Shown piece after piece: positions 16,727 through 25,499 of a stretch of 44,891 nt of DNA. The position numbers were made by a program, and so were the translations under genes. How positions within the stretch are numbered: the first letter of the stretch is position 1; each line of letters opens with the position of its first letter. The stretch spans positions 1-44,891 of the forward strand of contig JAGQOS010000001.1 of assembly GCA_020427265.1 (NCBI GenBank), written 5' to 3'. Under the pieces are notes generated by a model, which worked only from the letters and a program-made list of their open reading frames with translations, ran no database searches and was not told where the DNA came from. This DNA comes from Planctomycetales bacterium (GTDB taxonomy: Bacteria > Planctomycetota > Planctomycetia > Pirellulales > JAGQOS01).

Positions 16727-16890
16727 CGGGCGGGGCGAATCGTCTTCGATGTCCCGCCGTGGGTCAAGAGCAGCCAATTCGCCGCCTGGAAAGCATCAAC
16801 AACAAGATCAAAGCCGTCGAACGAATGGTCTACGGATACCGGGACGAAGACGACGACTTCCAGAAAATCCGTCAGGCCTTTCCCAGAAAT
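16727..16890 (+). pseudogene. C-terminal relic of an ISL3-family (DDE_Tnp_ISL3) transposase, frameshifted and truncated
   Basis: One frame reads '...PIRRLESINNKIKAVERMVYGYRDEDDDFQKIRQAFP'. This matches the ISL3 C-terminal signature (E-x-x-N-N-K-I-K-x3-R-x2-Y-G-[FY]-R-D...F). Upstream, '...GRIVFDVPPWVKSSQ' continues in a different frame. Only ~55 of the ~400 expected residues are present, and I saw no inverted repeats. Confidence 0.6.
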
Positions 16891-16901
16891 ACCGGACGAA
16901 C

Positions 16902-16938
16902 AAAAAAAGCGGGTCACCCGCCGAAGCAGGTGACCCGC
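16902..16938 (-). terminator. Rho-independent terminator downstream of the transglutaminase-like gene
   Basis: On the minus strand, GCGGGTCACC-(10-nt loop)-GGTGACCCGC forms a 10-bp perfect stem followed by TTTTTTT. It lies 43 nt after the stop at 16981. Confidence 0.85.
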
Positions 16939-16980
16939 ATAATCAACCCTTGCGGGCAGTTGTCGATTCGCGAGTGCGAC

Positions 16981-18987
16981 TCAGTTCGTCCGTTCCATGC
17001 CGATCCAGTAGTCGATCTCTTCGAAGAAGACCCAGAACATTCCGTCGTCGTTCGAGATCTTGCGGGTCGTTGTCGTGCCATCTTCGAGTGTAATGCGAAT
17101 CGTATCACCCTCGAGCGTGAACGTTCCCGACTCGCGTGTTTCTCGGACCGGGCTCGACGGACCGGAAACTTTCATGTAACCGGCATACTGGCCGTTGGCC
17201 GTTAGTACGGCGACCAACTCCAGTTGCGTCCCTTCGATTTCACCGCGGTAGAGCCAAGATCCGATGAACGGCGAGTTGATCGAATTGGGCGTCGAGGTTG
17301 TCGTGGTCGAAGCCGTTTGCACGGGCACGTTGCGATTGTTGTTGACCAACTGCGTGCTTTCGTTGCGGCGGGGCTCGAACGAATAACCGAGATCCTTCAT
17401 GAAGCTCACGGAAACAGCAGGCAAGTCGAGGCTATGCACGCCCTGGTTCCGCAATGCCCGGATGTCGACGATAATCGACGTGCCATTCTGAGCTTCGCGA
17501 AGTTCCTCCGTGCCCTTCTTAACTGCTTCGAGAAACGATGCGTGGCCGATCATCGTTGCCTCGACACCGATCAGCTTGCCGCTGGGCAATTGCACGGCCG
17601 GAAAGCAGTGGCCAGGAACAACCACCAACGAAGGACGCAGTCCCACGGCTTCGCAGGTGCTGGCGAACAGCACACCGAGGTCGACGCATGTTCCGGCACG
17701 ATTCTGGAGCACGTCGCGTCCCGACTTGATGTGTTGGCCGTTTTTGCCGTCACGAAGCAAACCGGGTGGTGTTTGGTAAGCGATTTGGCTGTCACCCATG
17801 AAGCTAAACAGAGCGTCCAGGAACTTGGCGGCTTCGTCGTCGCTCGAAGAAGCGGCCGCACCGCCGGAAAGCCGGCTCACGCCACCAGCAAGTTGCTGAA
17901 TCACCGGATCGTTGGCGTTAACCATCGAACCGAGCACAAGTTGAATATTGTCGAACCGATCAGCGAAGCTGACCGCCTTGTCGGTGGCCAGGCTCGAAAA
18001 GATCGCTTCGTTACGAGAAAGGATCGTCATCCGGCGAACGTCGCTCTCTTGCACCAGGCGGCCGTCGGCCTGACGGTATTCAATCTCCACTTCCAGGCTT
18101 GCTGGACGGGTGCCAGTGAGCTTGGCGAGTTTTTCGAGATCGTAGATCGGGAAAAACGGATCGACCACGGTTTGCCCGGGGAGCACAACTTCGCTGCGAG
18201 CCCAACGGCTCCAACTGCTGTGTTCGGCAATCCGGAAGCGAACGCGGTAGTCGGTGATTTCTGAGTCACCAGTATTGCGGAAGATGCTGCGAGCGGTCCA
18301 CATTTGCGAGAACTTTTCATTGCCGTAGATCTTGGCCAGGCAGCTCATTACGTCTTTCCGCGTATCGACAGCGAAGTCGGAACCTACGCCGTTGCCCTCG
18401 TTTGTTTGGGCATCCAGATCGTAGGTCAGTTCGGTCATGCGGCTGTCGATGGCGGCTTCGTGAGCGCCTTCGGGAAGCTGCAATTTGATGATCAGCGTTC
18501 CCAGGCCCAACGCCGTATTGGCGGTCGAGCTGAGAATCGCCTGACGATCATCAATCGTGATCAGATCGAGCGACTGATCGTCGATGGCGACCTTCCACTC
18601 GCCTTCATGCTCGATGCGAGCCAGGCCTCGCTGTAAATATTCGATTCGCACGGTGCTATCGCCATCGTCAAAGCGACCGTCGATGTTTTCCAATTGCGCC
18701 CAATGCTTACCGGCGCCAAGTTGCCGGAGTAGTACGGCCATGTTGGGCGAGCTGGTCTTTAGTTCGGTATAGAGATTCGTCGTCAGGCGAATGTCGAGCG
18801 TGATGTTCGCATCGCCCACTTCATTGAGCGTAATGGTGCGCGTCATTTTGACCACGGGACCCGATTGGGCCAGGGCCGTGCTGGCCGTCGTGGCCACGAT
18901 CATGACCAACAGCAGAATAAGACAGAACTGAATTCCCTTCACATCCGTGAGCCGACCCATCATCCGAAAGCGTGCTTGTTGAACCAT
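16981..18987 (-). CDS. Exported transglutaminase-like (papain-fold Cys-His-Asp/Glu) protein
   Basis: ATG at 18987 with GGGGGA 7 nt upstream; the listed start at 19002 is a TTG. Signal-anchor 'IQFCLILLLVMIVATTASTALAQ'. Transglutaminase-core pattern 'RAGTCVDLGVLFASTCEAVGLRPSLVVVPGHCFPAV...IGVEAT' supplies the Cys, His and acidic residue. Confidence 0.75.
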   Translation of the reverse strand: MVQQARFRMMGRLTDVKGIQFCLILLLVMIVATTASTALAQSGPVVKMTRTITLNEVGDANITLDIRLTTNLYTELKTSSPNMAVLLRQLGAGKHWAQLENIDGRFDDGDSTVRIEYLQRGLARIEHEGEWKVAIDDQSLDLITIDDRQAILSSTANTALGLGTLIIKLQLPEGAHEAAIDSRMTELTYDLDAQTNEGNGVGSDFAVDTRKDVMSCLAKIYGNEKFSQMWTARSIFRNTGDSEITDYRVRFRIAEHSSWSRWARSEVVLPGQTVVDPFFPIYDLEKLAKLTGTRPASLEVEIEYRQADGRLVQESDVRRMTILSRNEAIFSSLATDKAVSFADRFDNIQLVLGSMVNANDPVIQQLAGGVSRLSGGAAASSSDDEAAKFLDALFSFMGDSQIAYQTPPGLLRDGKNGQHIKSGRDVLQNRAGTCVDLGVLFASTCEAVGLRPSLVVVPGHCFPAVQLPSGKLIGVEATMIGHASFLEAVKKGTEELREAQNGTSIIVDIRALRNQGVHSLDLPAVSVSFMKDLGYSFEPRRNESTQLVNNNRNVPVQTASTTTTSTPNSINSPFIGSWLYRGEIEGTQLELVAVLTANGQYAGYMKVSGPSSPVRETRESGTFTLEGDTIRITLEDGTTTTRKISNDDGMFWVFFEEIDYWIGMERTN

Positions 18988-19293
18988 TTCCAATTCCCCC
19001 AAGAATAAAGTGAAACATGTCTGGTTTGCCCGACTTCCGTGTCTGACTTGTGCTTCCTGCTGGTAGGCAATCCGTTTTCATGCAACTTGGCGGACAAAAA
19101 ACTCGGAAAATAATTCAAGAAGATTGATGGATCCGAATCTGGCGCAGTAGCTGCCGGTTTACCGGTCGATTTATGTAGAGTTGGCGCTCCAATTCGGCAA
19201 TTTCCGCGGTCGCATACGACGTTTGCGTACGTTCCATGCTTCGCAACGAGCGAGTCAAAGCAACATCTTGCGACCATTCCGCTTGCAGCGCGC

Positions 19294-19328
19294 AAAAAAA
19301 GGCGGCGAGAGCCAAAGCTCTCGCCGCC
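19294..19328 (-). terminator. Rho-independent terminator downstream of the Tyr-rich protein gene
   Basis: On the minus strand, GGCGGCGAGAGC-tttg-GCTCTCGCCGCC forms a 12-bp perfect stem followed by TTTTTTT. It lies 55 nt after the stop at 19383. Confidence 0.9.
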
Positions 19329-19382
19329 ATGGAAAACCAGGTTGTTGGCTTGCCCGATTTAGCCTAAAACCGGGCCATGCAG

Positions 19383-19886
19383 TTACTTAGGAGCGTCTGC
19401 AGCGCCATTGCCCGGGGCATCCGCCGGGGGATCGCCACTGGGGAGGTCGTCGGCGCTGGGTCGCTCGATTTGAACGCCGTCTTCCGAGTCGGGAATCTGC
19501 GGCATTTCGCCCGGTTTCGGGAAGGCCGACTCAGCGATGTCTTCGAGGTTGCCCTTGCGGTCCTTTTCCTCCAACATCGAGTAGCCCTTCTCTTCCAGGT
19601 CGTAACGGCCCCAGTAGACCTTGCGAACCGGGTTGTAGTAGTAGACGTACCGCGGACGCGAGGGGTAGTAGATGCAGTAGTGGTACTTGTAGCCGCTGTA
19701 GCTCGCATACGGCTTGTAGTAATACGAACGGTAATAGTAGGTGCGAGTCGGGTAATAGCTCCAGCTCGAGTAGCGCTGGCGATAGCGGAACAGGCTGGCC
19801 GTGGCGTCGTTGGATGTCACTTGCCATCCGCCAACAGTCGAACCAACCAGCAGGGCCGCCATCAGCAAGGTGCGTCGAGTCAACAT
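19383..19886 (-). CDS. Small secreted tyrosine-rich protein of unknown function
   Basis: ATG at 19886 with AAGGGAG 7 nt upstream. Signal peptide 'MLTRRTLLMAALLVGSTVGG'. The core 'RYSSWSYYPTRTYYYRSYYYKPYASYSGYKYHYCIYYPSRPRYVYYYNPVRKVYWGRY' is extremely Tyr-rich, and the C-terminal tail is acidic and Pro-rich. A strong terminator follows. Confidence 0.75.
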   Translation of the reverse strand: MLTRRTLLMAALLVGSTVGGWQVTSNDATASLFRYRQRYSSWSYYPTRTYYYRSYYYKPYASYSGYKYHYCIYYPSRPRYVYYYNPVRKVYWGRYDLEEKGYSMLEEKDRKGNLEDIAESAFPKPGEMPQIPDSEDGVQIERPSADDLPSGDPPADAPGNGAADAPK

Positions 19887-20346
19887 TTCAAATCTCCCTT
19901 TACCAAGAAAACCAAAGATACGTGTAAGTAGCAGGACTTTCGCTTGCGACAAGAATTCAAATTCCCGTCTACGACCGTATCCGAATTACCGGCAGCAACC
20001 GGACAAAAAAATCGAAAAAGTTTACCGGGACCCGTAAAATCGCGATATTTCAAGATTCTCAACTACAAATAGGGCGATTGCAAGCCAGCCAGATATTTCG
20101 CCGGGCCACGACAAAAAAACTGGCCGCAAAAGGCCACCGTACGAATAGCGTAGCTCACAGGGCAGATCCTGACGGCAAGCGAAGAAAATACGGCGAAGCT
20201 GTCCGGAAAGTTTGGCAAAACCTGATAGACAACTTATTGTGTAACCCGTTTGCCCGCTTTAGGGGGCAGGGGCAGACCGCAATTACGTCAAAGCTTCGAG
20301 AATTGGTCCTCGATTCGTCAAAGCATTCTGATAAGGAGAAAATACA

Positions 20347-21516
20347 ATGAAAAGTACGCGATTTCTTGCATTAATGGTTGCCGGTTTTGCCTTGGTTGCT
20401 CAACCACTGGCCGCGCAAGTGTCCAGGGCCCCCGCTATCGAGCAACCGCCGCAGAATTCGGCGGATACTCAATCGCCTCAACCCGACGCGCCGCCTGCCA
20501 CAAGCGAATCCGCGCCCAATGGCGGATCGCAGATCATACGCGACCGCTTTCCGAACGGTGCGGTACAAGTCGAACGACATGTGATCCGCGGCGTGGACAA
20601 CAACTTCGTGAACCACGGCGCCTGGATGGCCTATTATCCCGACGGCAATGAAGTTGGCGGCGGCGAGTATGTAAACGGCAAACGACAAGGCAATTGGTGG
20701 CGTTGGGTTGCGCCGGGCGAAACGCCGGTGATCTCCGGCCCGCAATATGCCGGATATCAAGGACCGTTCAAATCGACCGCCAATTATGTCGACGACGAAA
20801 TCGAGGGTGCTTGGACGATCGTCGATGCGCGAGGTCAGAAAATCGTCGAGTGGCATTTCCAGGCGGGCAAACCCCACGGCCTCTGGAGCTGGTGGTATCC
20901 CAACGGACAGAAGGAGCGCGAAACGCGCTATGACCAAGGTGTTCCAACCGGCAAAGAATTTGCGTGGGATCCGCAGGGGCATCTTGTTTCGGAAGCCGTG
21001 TACATCGACGGAAGGAAAAAAGTCTTCGTCGAGGCGTGGTACGCGCCGGGAAGCAAGAGTTGGGAAGGTTGGTACCTGGAACCAAAGGAAATCGTGAAGA
21101 CCCAATACGAATGGTGGCTGGGAGAAGCTTCGAGCGTCGTTGTTGGCGTGGAAGGCGAACGCGTGCGACACGGCAAATGGACCTGGTACTTCCCGACCGG
21201 CGGCAAGCAAAGCGAAGGCGTCTATTTGTTCGGGGCGATGCACGGCGAGTGGAAATGGTGGCATCCCGACGGCGCCAAGTGGATTCATGGCGCCTACGCC
21301 AACGGCGTTCAAGCTGGCCAATGGACCTGGTGGCGTCCCGACGGAAGTACCGAGCGACAGCAGAGCTTTCCCGTTGCTGCGCCAGCACAAAGCGATGTGG
21401 CAGCGCCGCCGACAAGTTCCGCACCAACGGCCACTGCGCCAGCTACGAAGGGAGGCGTTGCTCCGCCTCAAACAGGCGCACCGGCGCCTTTGGGGCCAGC
21501 CAATTCGCTGGATTGA
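20347..21516 (+). CDS. Exported MORN-variant repeat protein (YwqK-like repeats)
   Basis: RBS AAGGAG lies 8 nt upstream. Signal peptide 'MKSTRFLALMVAGFALVAQPLAAQ'. Repeated units of the form 'YYPDGNEVGGGEYVNGKRQGNWWRW', 'WYPNGQKERETRYDQGVPTGKEFAW' and 'YFPTGGKQSEGVYLFGAMHGEWKWWHPDG'. The tail is rich in Pro, Ala and Thr. Confidence 0.8.
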   Translation: MKSTRFLALMVAGFALVAQPLAAQVSRAPAIEQPPQNSADTQSPQPDAPPATSESAPNGGSQIIRDRFPNGAVQVERHVIRGVDNNFVNHGAWMAYYPDGNEVGGGEYVNGKRQGNWWRWVAPGETPVISGPQYAGYQGPFKSTANYVDDEIEGAWTIVDARGQKIVEWHFQAGKPHGLWSWWYPNGQKERETRYDQGVPTGKEFAWDPQGHLVSEAVYIDGRKKVFVEAWYAPGSKSWEGWYLEPKEIVKTQYEWWLGEASSVVVGVEGERVRHGKWTWYFPTGGKQSEGVYLFGAMHGEWKWWHPDGAKWIHGAYANGVQAGQWTWWRPDGSTERQQSFPVAAPAQSDVAAPPTSSAPTATAPATKGGVAPPQTGAPAPLGPANSLD

Positions 21517-21528
21517 TCGACACCGCGC

Positions 21529-24500
21529 CTAGGCCCGCCCTAGCGAAGTCCAAGCTGCGCGGACCTTGGGTCGCGGATCGTCTGGCTGGATACCGAGCCG
21601 ATCGGCCAACGCGCGTGCTTGATCGCCAAGCGTCTTCACCGCGGCGTCGTTCGCCGCGCCGGATTCCAATTCGGTCAAAGCCGCCACGAAACAGAAATAG
21701 TCAACCGACTCGATGATGCCCAGTTCCGAGAGCAATTGAAGGGCTGAATTCAAATCATCCCTCGCCTCCTCGGGTTGGCCCAATCGCAAGTACACAATTC
21801 CTCGATCACCGCGGTTGATCGCAATTTGCCCGGGATTCTCTAGTTGTTCGTGTAGTCGCTCGGCCTCATTGAGTTCTTGCAGGGCCTCGTTCAGCCGACC
21901 GAGACCAGCCAGCGCCGCGCCGCGATTACCGACGTTGAGCGCGACCCCCGCCGGAGCCCCCAATTCCAAATTGATTCTCTCGGCCGTCTCGTAGCAGGCC
22001 AGCGCCAATTCGAATTCGCCTTGATCGGCCAAAGCCAAGCCGCGATTTCCCTGATTCACGGCAAGCGCACGTTTTTCTCCCAAAGTCCGCGCTTCTTGCT
22101 CCGCCTCGGCATAGCAGGCGATGGCGCGATCGTAGTGACCACTCTCGGCATAGACAGCTCCGCGGCTTGTTAGCGCCAAGTGCAGCGCGCGACGATCTCC
22201 CCGGCGTCGAGCGATCGTGGCGGCCCTTTCAAAGCACGCCGCGGCTTCCTCAAGGCGTCCGCGTTGCAGTAGAACTTGCCCACCGCGTCGTAGCACGATG
22301 GCCTTCACGCTTTCATCGCTTATCTCTTCAGCCAGCGCGCTGGCGCGTTGATATTGTTCGAGGGCTTCGGCGAGATGTCCGTTCTGCGCGAGCAGAAATC
22401 CATGAGCAGCCAGCGAAAGGGCCAGTCCGTGTCGATCACCGATTCGCTCAGCCACGTCGGCCGATTCTCGAAACAGGTCGCGGGCCTCGCCATGTCGTCC
22501 GTGTGCACGAGCGATCTCACCTTGCTGCCGCAGGGCCAGGGCGAGTTGGTACGAATCTCCCTGCGGCTCGGCAAGCTGGCGAGCTGCGGCGGCCAATTGC
22601 TCCGCTCGCTCGACATCGCCGCCGCCCTGGCACGCCTGCGAAAGCGCCACGGACAACTGCGCCGCCAAAGGCCCCTTCGCCATGCGACTCACGGCTTCAA
22701 GCCGCGTGCGGCGTTCTTCGGCCGGGCCGCGCACGGCCAGCAACTCGTCAAACGCGATGCCCAGGCGGGCTGCGATTTCCGGTTCATTCGCCGCCAAGGC
22801 CCAATCTTGAAGCGCGAACAGGTTGTCGCGCTCAAGGGCCAGGCGTTCGAGTGCTTCCTGCCCGTCGCGGGCATGAATCTTGGCCTGCCACTGTTCGGAG
22901 TATTCCGTCAGGTAGAGCGCAGCTCTGCGCTGCAACGCCTGGTTTTCGTCATCGCTGAGGGTCTGTTCCCGCTTGGCGACGCCATAATCACGTATCGATT
23001 GAAACGCCGTGAACCTGGGTCCAAACTCGGAATCCATGCCGCGCAGCAAACAACGATCTCGCAACGCCTGAATCAGGTCGAAGACTAGCGGGGCGCCGGA
23101 TAAGTGTTCCATGTCGACCGTCGCTTCGGCGGCTTCGAGAAAAAATCCGGCTGTAAAAACGCTCAGTTGCACAAAAGCCGCTTGCTCGGCAACGCTCAAT
23201 AAGTCGTAGCTCCATTGAATTGTGTTCTCAAGGGTCTGCTGTCGCACGGCCAAATCGCGGCGCGAGGAACGCAGGAGCTGAAACTTCTGGTCCAGCTTGT
23301 CGACAATCTGTGCCGGGCTGAGCAATTTTGTGCGCGCGGCGGCCAACTCAATCGCCAGCGGAATCCCTTCCAGTTGACGGCATATCCGACCCACGTGCCC
23401 GGCATTCGTGCTATCGAGCCGAAAGCGGGCATCGCACTCGGTCGCTCGCTCCACGAACAAGCGTACGCTTTCACATTGCGCGAGCGATTCGACCCCCGTG
23501 CAGTTCTGCTCTGGCGTAGTCAGCGGCCCGAGTTCGTACTGGCGCTCGCCAGCCAGTGCAAGTGGTTCGCGACTAGTGGCCAAGAACTTAACGTGGGGCG
23601 CATGGTTTCGCCAGCGGCCAATTGTCGCGTCAGCATGCTCAATCGCCTGCTCAAAGTTGTCGACGATTAGCAACAACGGTTCACGGTACTCGAGCACCGA
23701 GGAAACCTGGTCGACCAGCGAACTGCCTTCGCTCGGCGTAACGCCAAACGTTGCGAGAATGACTTGCGCGATTCCGTCGACCGAAGTTGCGGCCGACAAG
23801 TCGGCGAACCAACAGCCACCTGGAAACTCCGCGAGCAGTCCGTGGGCCGCTTCACAGGCCAACCGCGTTTTGCCCAGTCCTCCAAACCCGATCAGCGTTA
23901 CCAAGGACGCATCGGCTAGCAACTTCGACAACTCCGCCAAATCGGCGTTACGTCCAACGATCGTATCAGACGTTGTTGGCAAATTCCCGATGGGCCGATC
24001 CGCGTGGCCGTGCGACGTCCTTAATTCAAAAATCGACGAGGTCGACGAAAAGGCGAGAGGCGAATCGCGCCGGCCGAGCGCCATGCATCGTCGCAATTCC
24101 TCGGCGAAATCGCGAGCTGTGGTATAGCGATCGCTCGTCGATTTCGCGAGACAGCGCAGGCAGGCTTTCTCGAGTCCAATCGGAATTGCGTCGTCGATCT
24201 GACGCGGGGGCTTCGGATCACGATGCAGGATTTCCTCGAACAACTCGTGAGACTGCTGGCCTTGGAATGGTCGACGTCGCGTCAAGACTTCGTAGAGAAT
24301 GACACCCAAGCTCCACAGGTCGACGCGTCCATCGAATCGGTGTGCTTCGCCGCGGATCTGCTCTGGAGCCATATACGATGGTGTACCGGCAACTTGCCAG
24401 GCATGGGCGCGTTGTTGCGACTCTCGCACGGCCAGTCCAAAGTCGGTGATGCGAGCACGACCTTCCGAGTCGATCAGGATATTTGCCGGCTTGAGGTCGC

Positions 24501-25422
24501 AATGAAACACGCCGTGCTTGTGCGCTTCATGAAGCGCGTCGGCCACTTCGGCCAGCCAGCCGATGGCGCGGTTACATTCGAGCAAATCGCTGTACAAATG
24601 ATCCGCCAACGAATCGCCTTCGATGTACTCCATTACCAAGAAGCAGTTCGCGTCGTCGTGCTGCACGTCGTATATGGTCACCAGGCCCGGGTGCGAAATC
24701 GTGGCGGCTTTGCGCGCTTCGTCGAGTTGGCGACGCAGGTGCTCCGGATTGTGCGCCAGTCGTTCATGCGCCACTTTGATGGCCACATGACGCTCTAGTT
24801 GCGGATCAAAGGCAAGGTAAACCTTGCCGAAGGCGCCTTCGCCAAGCAAGCGCTCGACAGCATATCGGCCAATGATCGAAGGCGGCGACGTCGGCTGACT
24901 GGCCGGAGCCAGGATAACATCGGACGCGTCGGCTTTCTGCGAACCCGCCCTACGGCCGGCTGCAGCCCTTAGCTGACGGTCTATTTCTGCCAGATGACGG
25001 GGTAGCGACGAGGCCAAGTGATCGAATCGGTCGAGGAATTCCTCGTGGCGCGGAGCATCGCCAAACCGATGTCGTACGCGATACTCCTCGGCTACGAGGC
25101 TTACATCGATGATCAACTCGGGGAATTTGGAGCCGTAATCCTCGATGTGCCAGAGATCGACGGAGAGTCCGTCATGAATTTCCGTTTCGTCTTCTCTCAC
25201 CGAGACGGTCGAATTGCCCGCGGCGCGCCATCGGTATTCTAGATCGACCTTGATCAACTCGGCTAACAGACGCGGGCGAGATTGCAGATCGTAATCCGCC
25301 GCATGTTCCTTAGCGAATCGAGCGACATCGGGCGACTCCGGCCCCAGCCACGCCTGCTCGAAACATTCGACCAGATCCTCTTCGTCGGGCAACAACCAGT
25401 GGCTGGAATCTCCGTCGGGCAT
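21529..25422 (-). CDS. Ser/Thr protein kinase fused to a P-loop NB-ARC/STAND-type NTPase and TPR repeats
   Basis: Kinase motifs 'LGEGAFGKVYLA', 'VAIKV', 'HCDLKPANILI', 'DFGLA' and 'GTPSYMAPEQ'. P-loop 'LIGFGGLGKTRLA' lies downstream. The C-terminal ~450 aa are TPR-like ('ALALRQQGEIARAHGRHGEARDLFRESADVAERIGD...'). I saw no TM segment. The gene lies 77 nt downstream of the ECF sigma gene. Confidence 0.9.
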   Translation of the reverse strand: MPDGDSSHWLLPDEEDLVECFEQAWLGPESPDVARFAKEHAADYDLQSRPRLLAELIKVDLEYRWRAAGNSTVSVREDETEIHDGLSVDLWHIEDYGSKFPELIIDVSLVAEEYRVRHRFGDAPRHEEFLDRFDHLASSLPRHLAEIDRQLRAAAGRRAGSQKADASDVILAPASQPTSPPSIIGRYAVERLLGEGAFGKVYLAFDPQLERHVAIKVAHERLAHNPEHLRRQLDEARKAATISHPGLVTIYDVQHDDANCFLVMEYIEGDSLADHLYSDLLECNRAIGWLAEVADALHEAHKHGVFHCDLKPANILIDSEGRARITDFGLAVRESQQRAHAWQVAGTPSYMAPEQIRGEAHRFDGRVDLWSLGVILYEVLTRRRPFQGQQSHELFEEILHRDPKPPRQIDDAIPIGLEKACLRCLAKSTSDRYTTARDFAEELRRCMALGRRDSPLAFSSTSSIFELRTSHGHADRPIGNLPTTSDTIVGRNADLAELSKLLADASLVTLIGFGGLGKTRLACEAAHGLLAEFPGGCWFADLSAATSVDGIAQVILATFGVTPSEGSSLVDQVSSVLEYREPLLLIVDNFEQAIEHADATIGRWRNHAPHVKFLATSREPLALAGERQYELGPLTTPEQNCTGVESLAQCESVRLFVERATECDARFRLDSTNAGHVGRICRQLEGIPLAIELAAARTKLLSPAQIVDKLDQKFQLLRSSRRDLAVRQQTLENTIQWSYDLLSVAEQAAFVQLSVFTAGFFLEAAEATVDMEHLSGAPLVFDLIQALRDRCLLRGMDSEFGPRFTAFQSIRDYGVAKREQTLSDDENQALQRRAALYLTEYSEQWQAKIHARDGQEALERLALERDNLFALQDWALAANEPEIAARLGIAFDELLAVRGPAEERRTRLEAVSRMAKGPLAAQLSVALSQACQGGGDVERAEQLAAAARQLAEPQGDSYQLALALRQQGEIARAHGRHGEARDLFRESADVAERIGDRHGLALSLAAHGFLLAQNGHLAEALEQYQRASALAEEISDESVKAIVLRRGGQVLLQRGRLEEAAACFERAATIARRRGDRRALHLALTSRGAVYAESGHYDRAIACYAEAEQEARTLGEKRALAVNQGNRGLALADQGEFELALACYETAERINLELGAPAGVALNVGNRGAALAGLGRLNEALQELNEAERLHEQLENPGQIAINRGDRGIVYLRLGQPEEARDDLNSALQLLSELGIIESVDYFCFVAALTELESGAANDAAVKTLGDQARALADRLGIQPDDPRPKVRAAWTSLGRA

Positions 25423-25499
25423 CGCGCTAATCTAAAGAATGGAGCGTATGGCTGAGATTCTCTCGAAATAATCGCTGCATCGCCGCATTCGGAGGCATC

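Noticed and set aside
16606-16917. N-terminal ~104 codons of the listed 730-aa resB ORF
   Set aside because: The segment is not protein-like and has no hydrophobic or conserved features. It overlaps the ISL3 relic and the terminator on the opposite strand. A GTG with an RBS lies at 16605, immediately before the conserved ResB N-terminus.
17224-18264. 346-aa plus-strand ORF
   Set aside because: It lies antisense to the transglutaminase-like gene and has no motifs.
19115-19330. 71-aa minus-strand ORF starting 'MAARALALAAFF...'
   Set aside because: Its first codons are simply the translated 12-bp-stem terminator hairpin, and there is no RBS.
20371-21471. 366-aa minus-strand ORF, plus several overlapping 200-250-aa ORFs in other frames
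   Set aside because: They are shadows of the MORN-repeat gene, which has a strong RBS, a signal peptide and periodic repeats.
21529-25422. Reading the kinase/NB-ARC/TPR protein as an antiviral STAND (Avs-like) defence gene
   Set aside because: It is tightly linked to an ECF sigma factor and carries the N-terminal region and kinase typical of planctomycetal ECF-associated kinases. It has no nuclease, protease or TIR-type effector domain. Signalling is the more economical reading.
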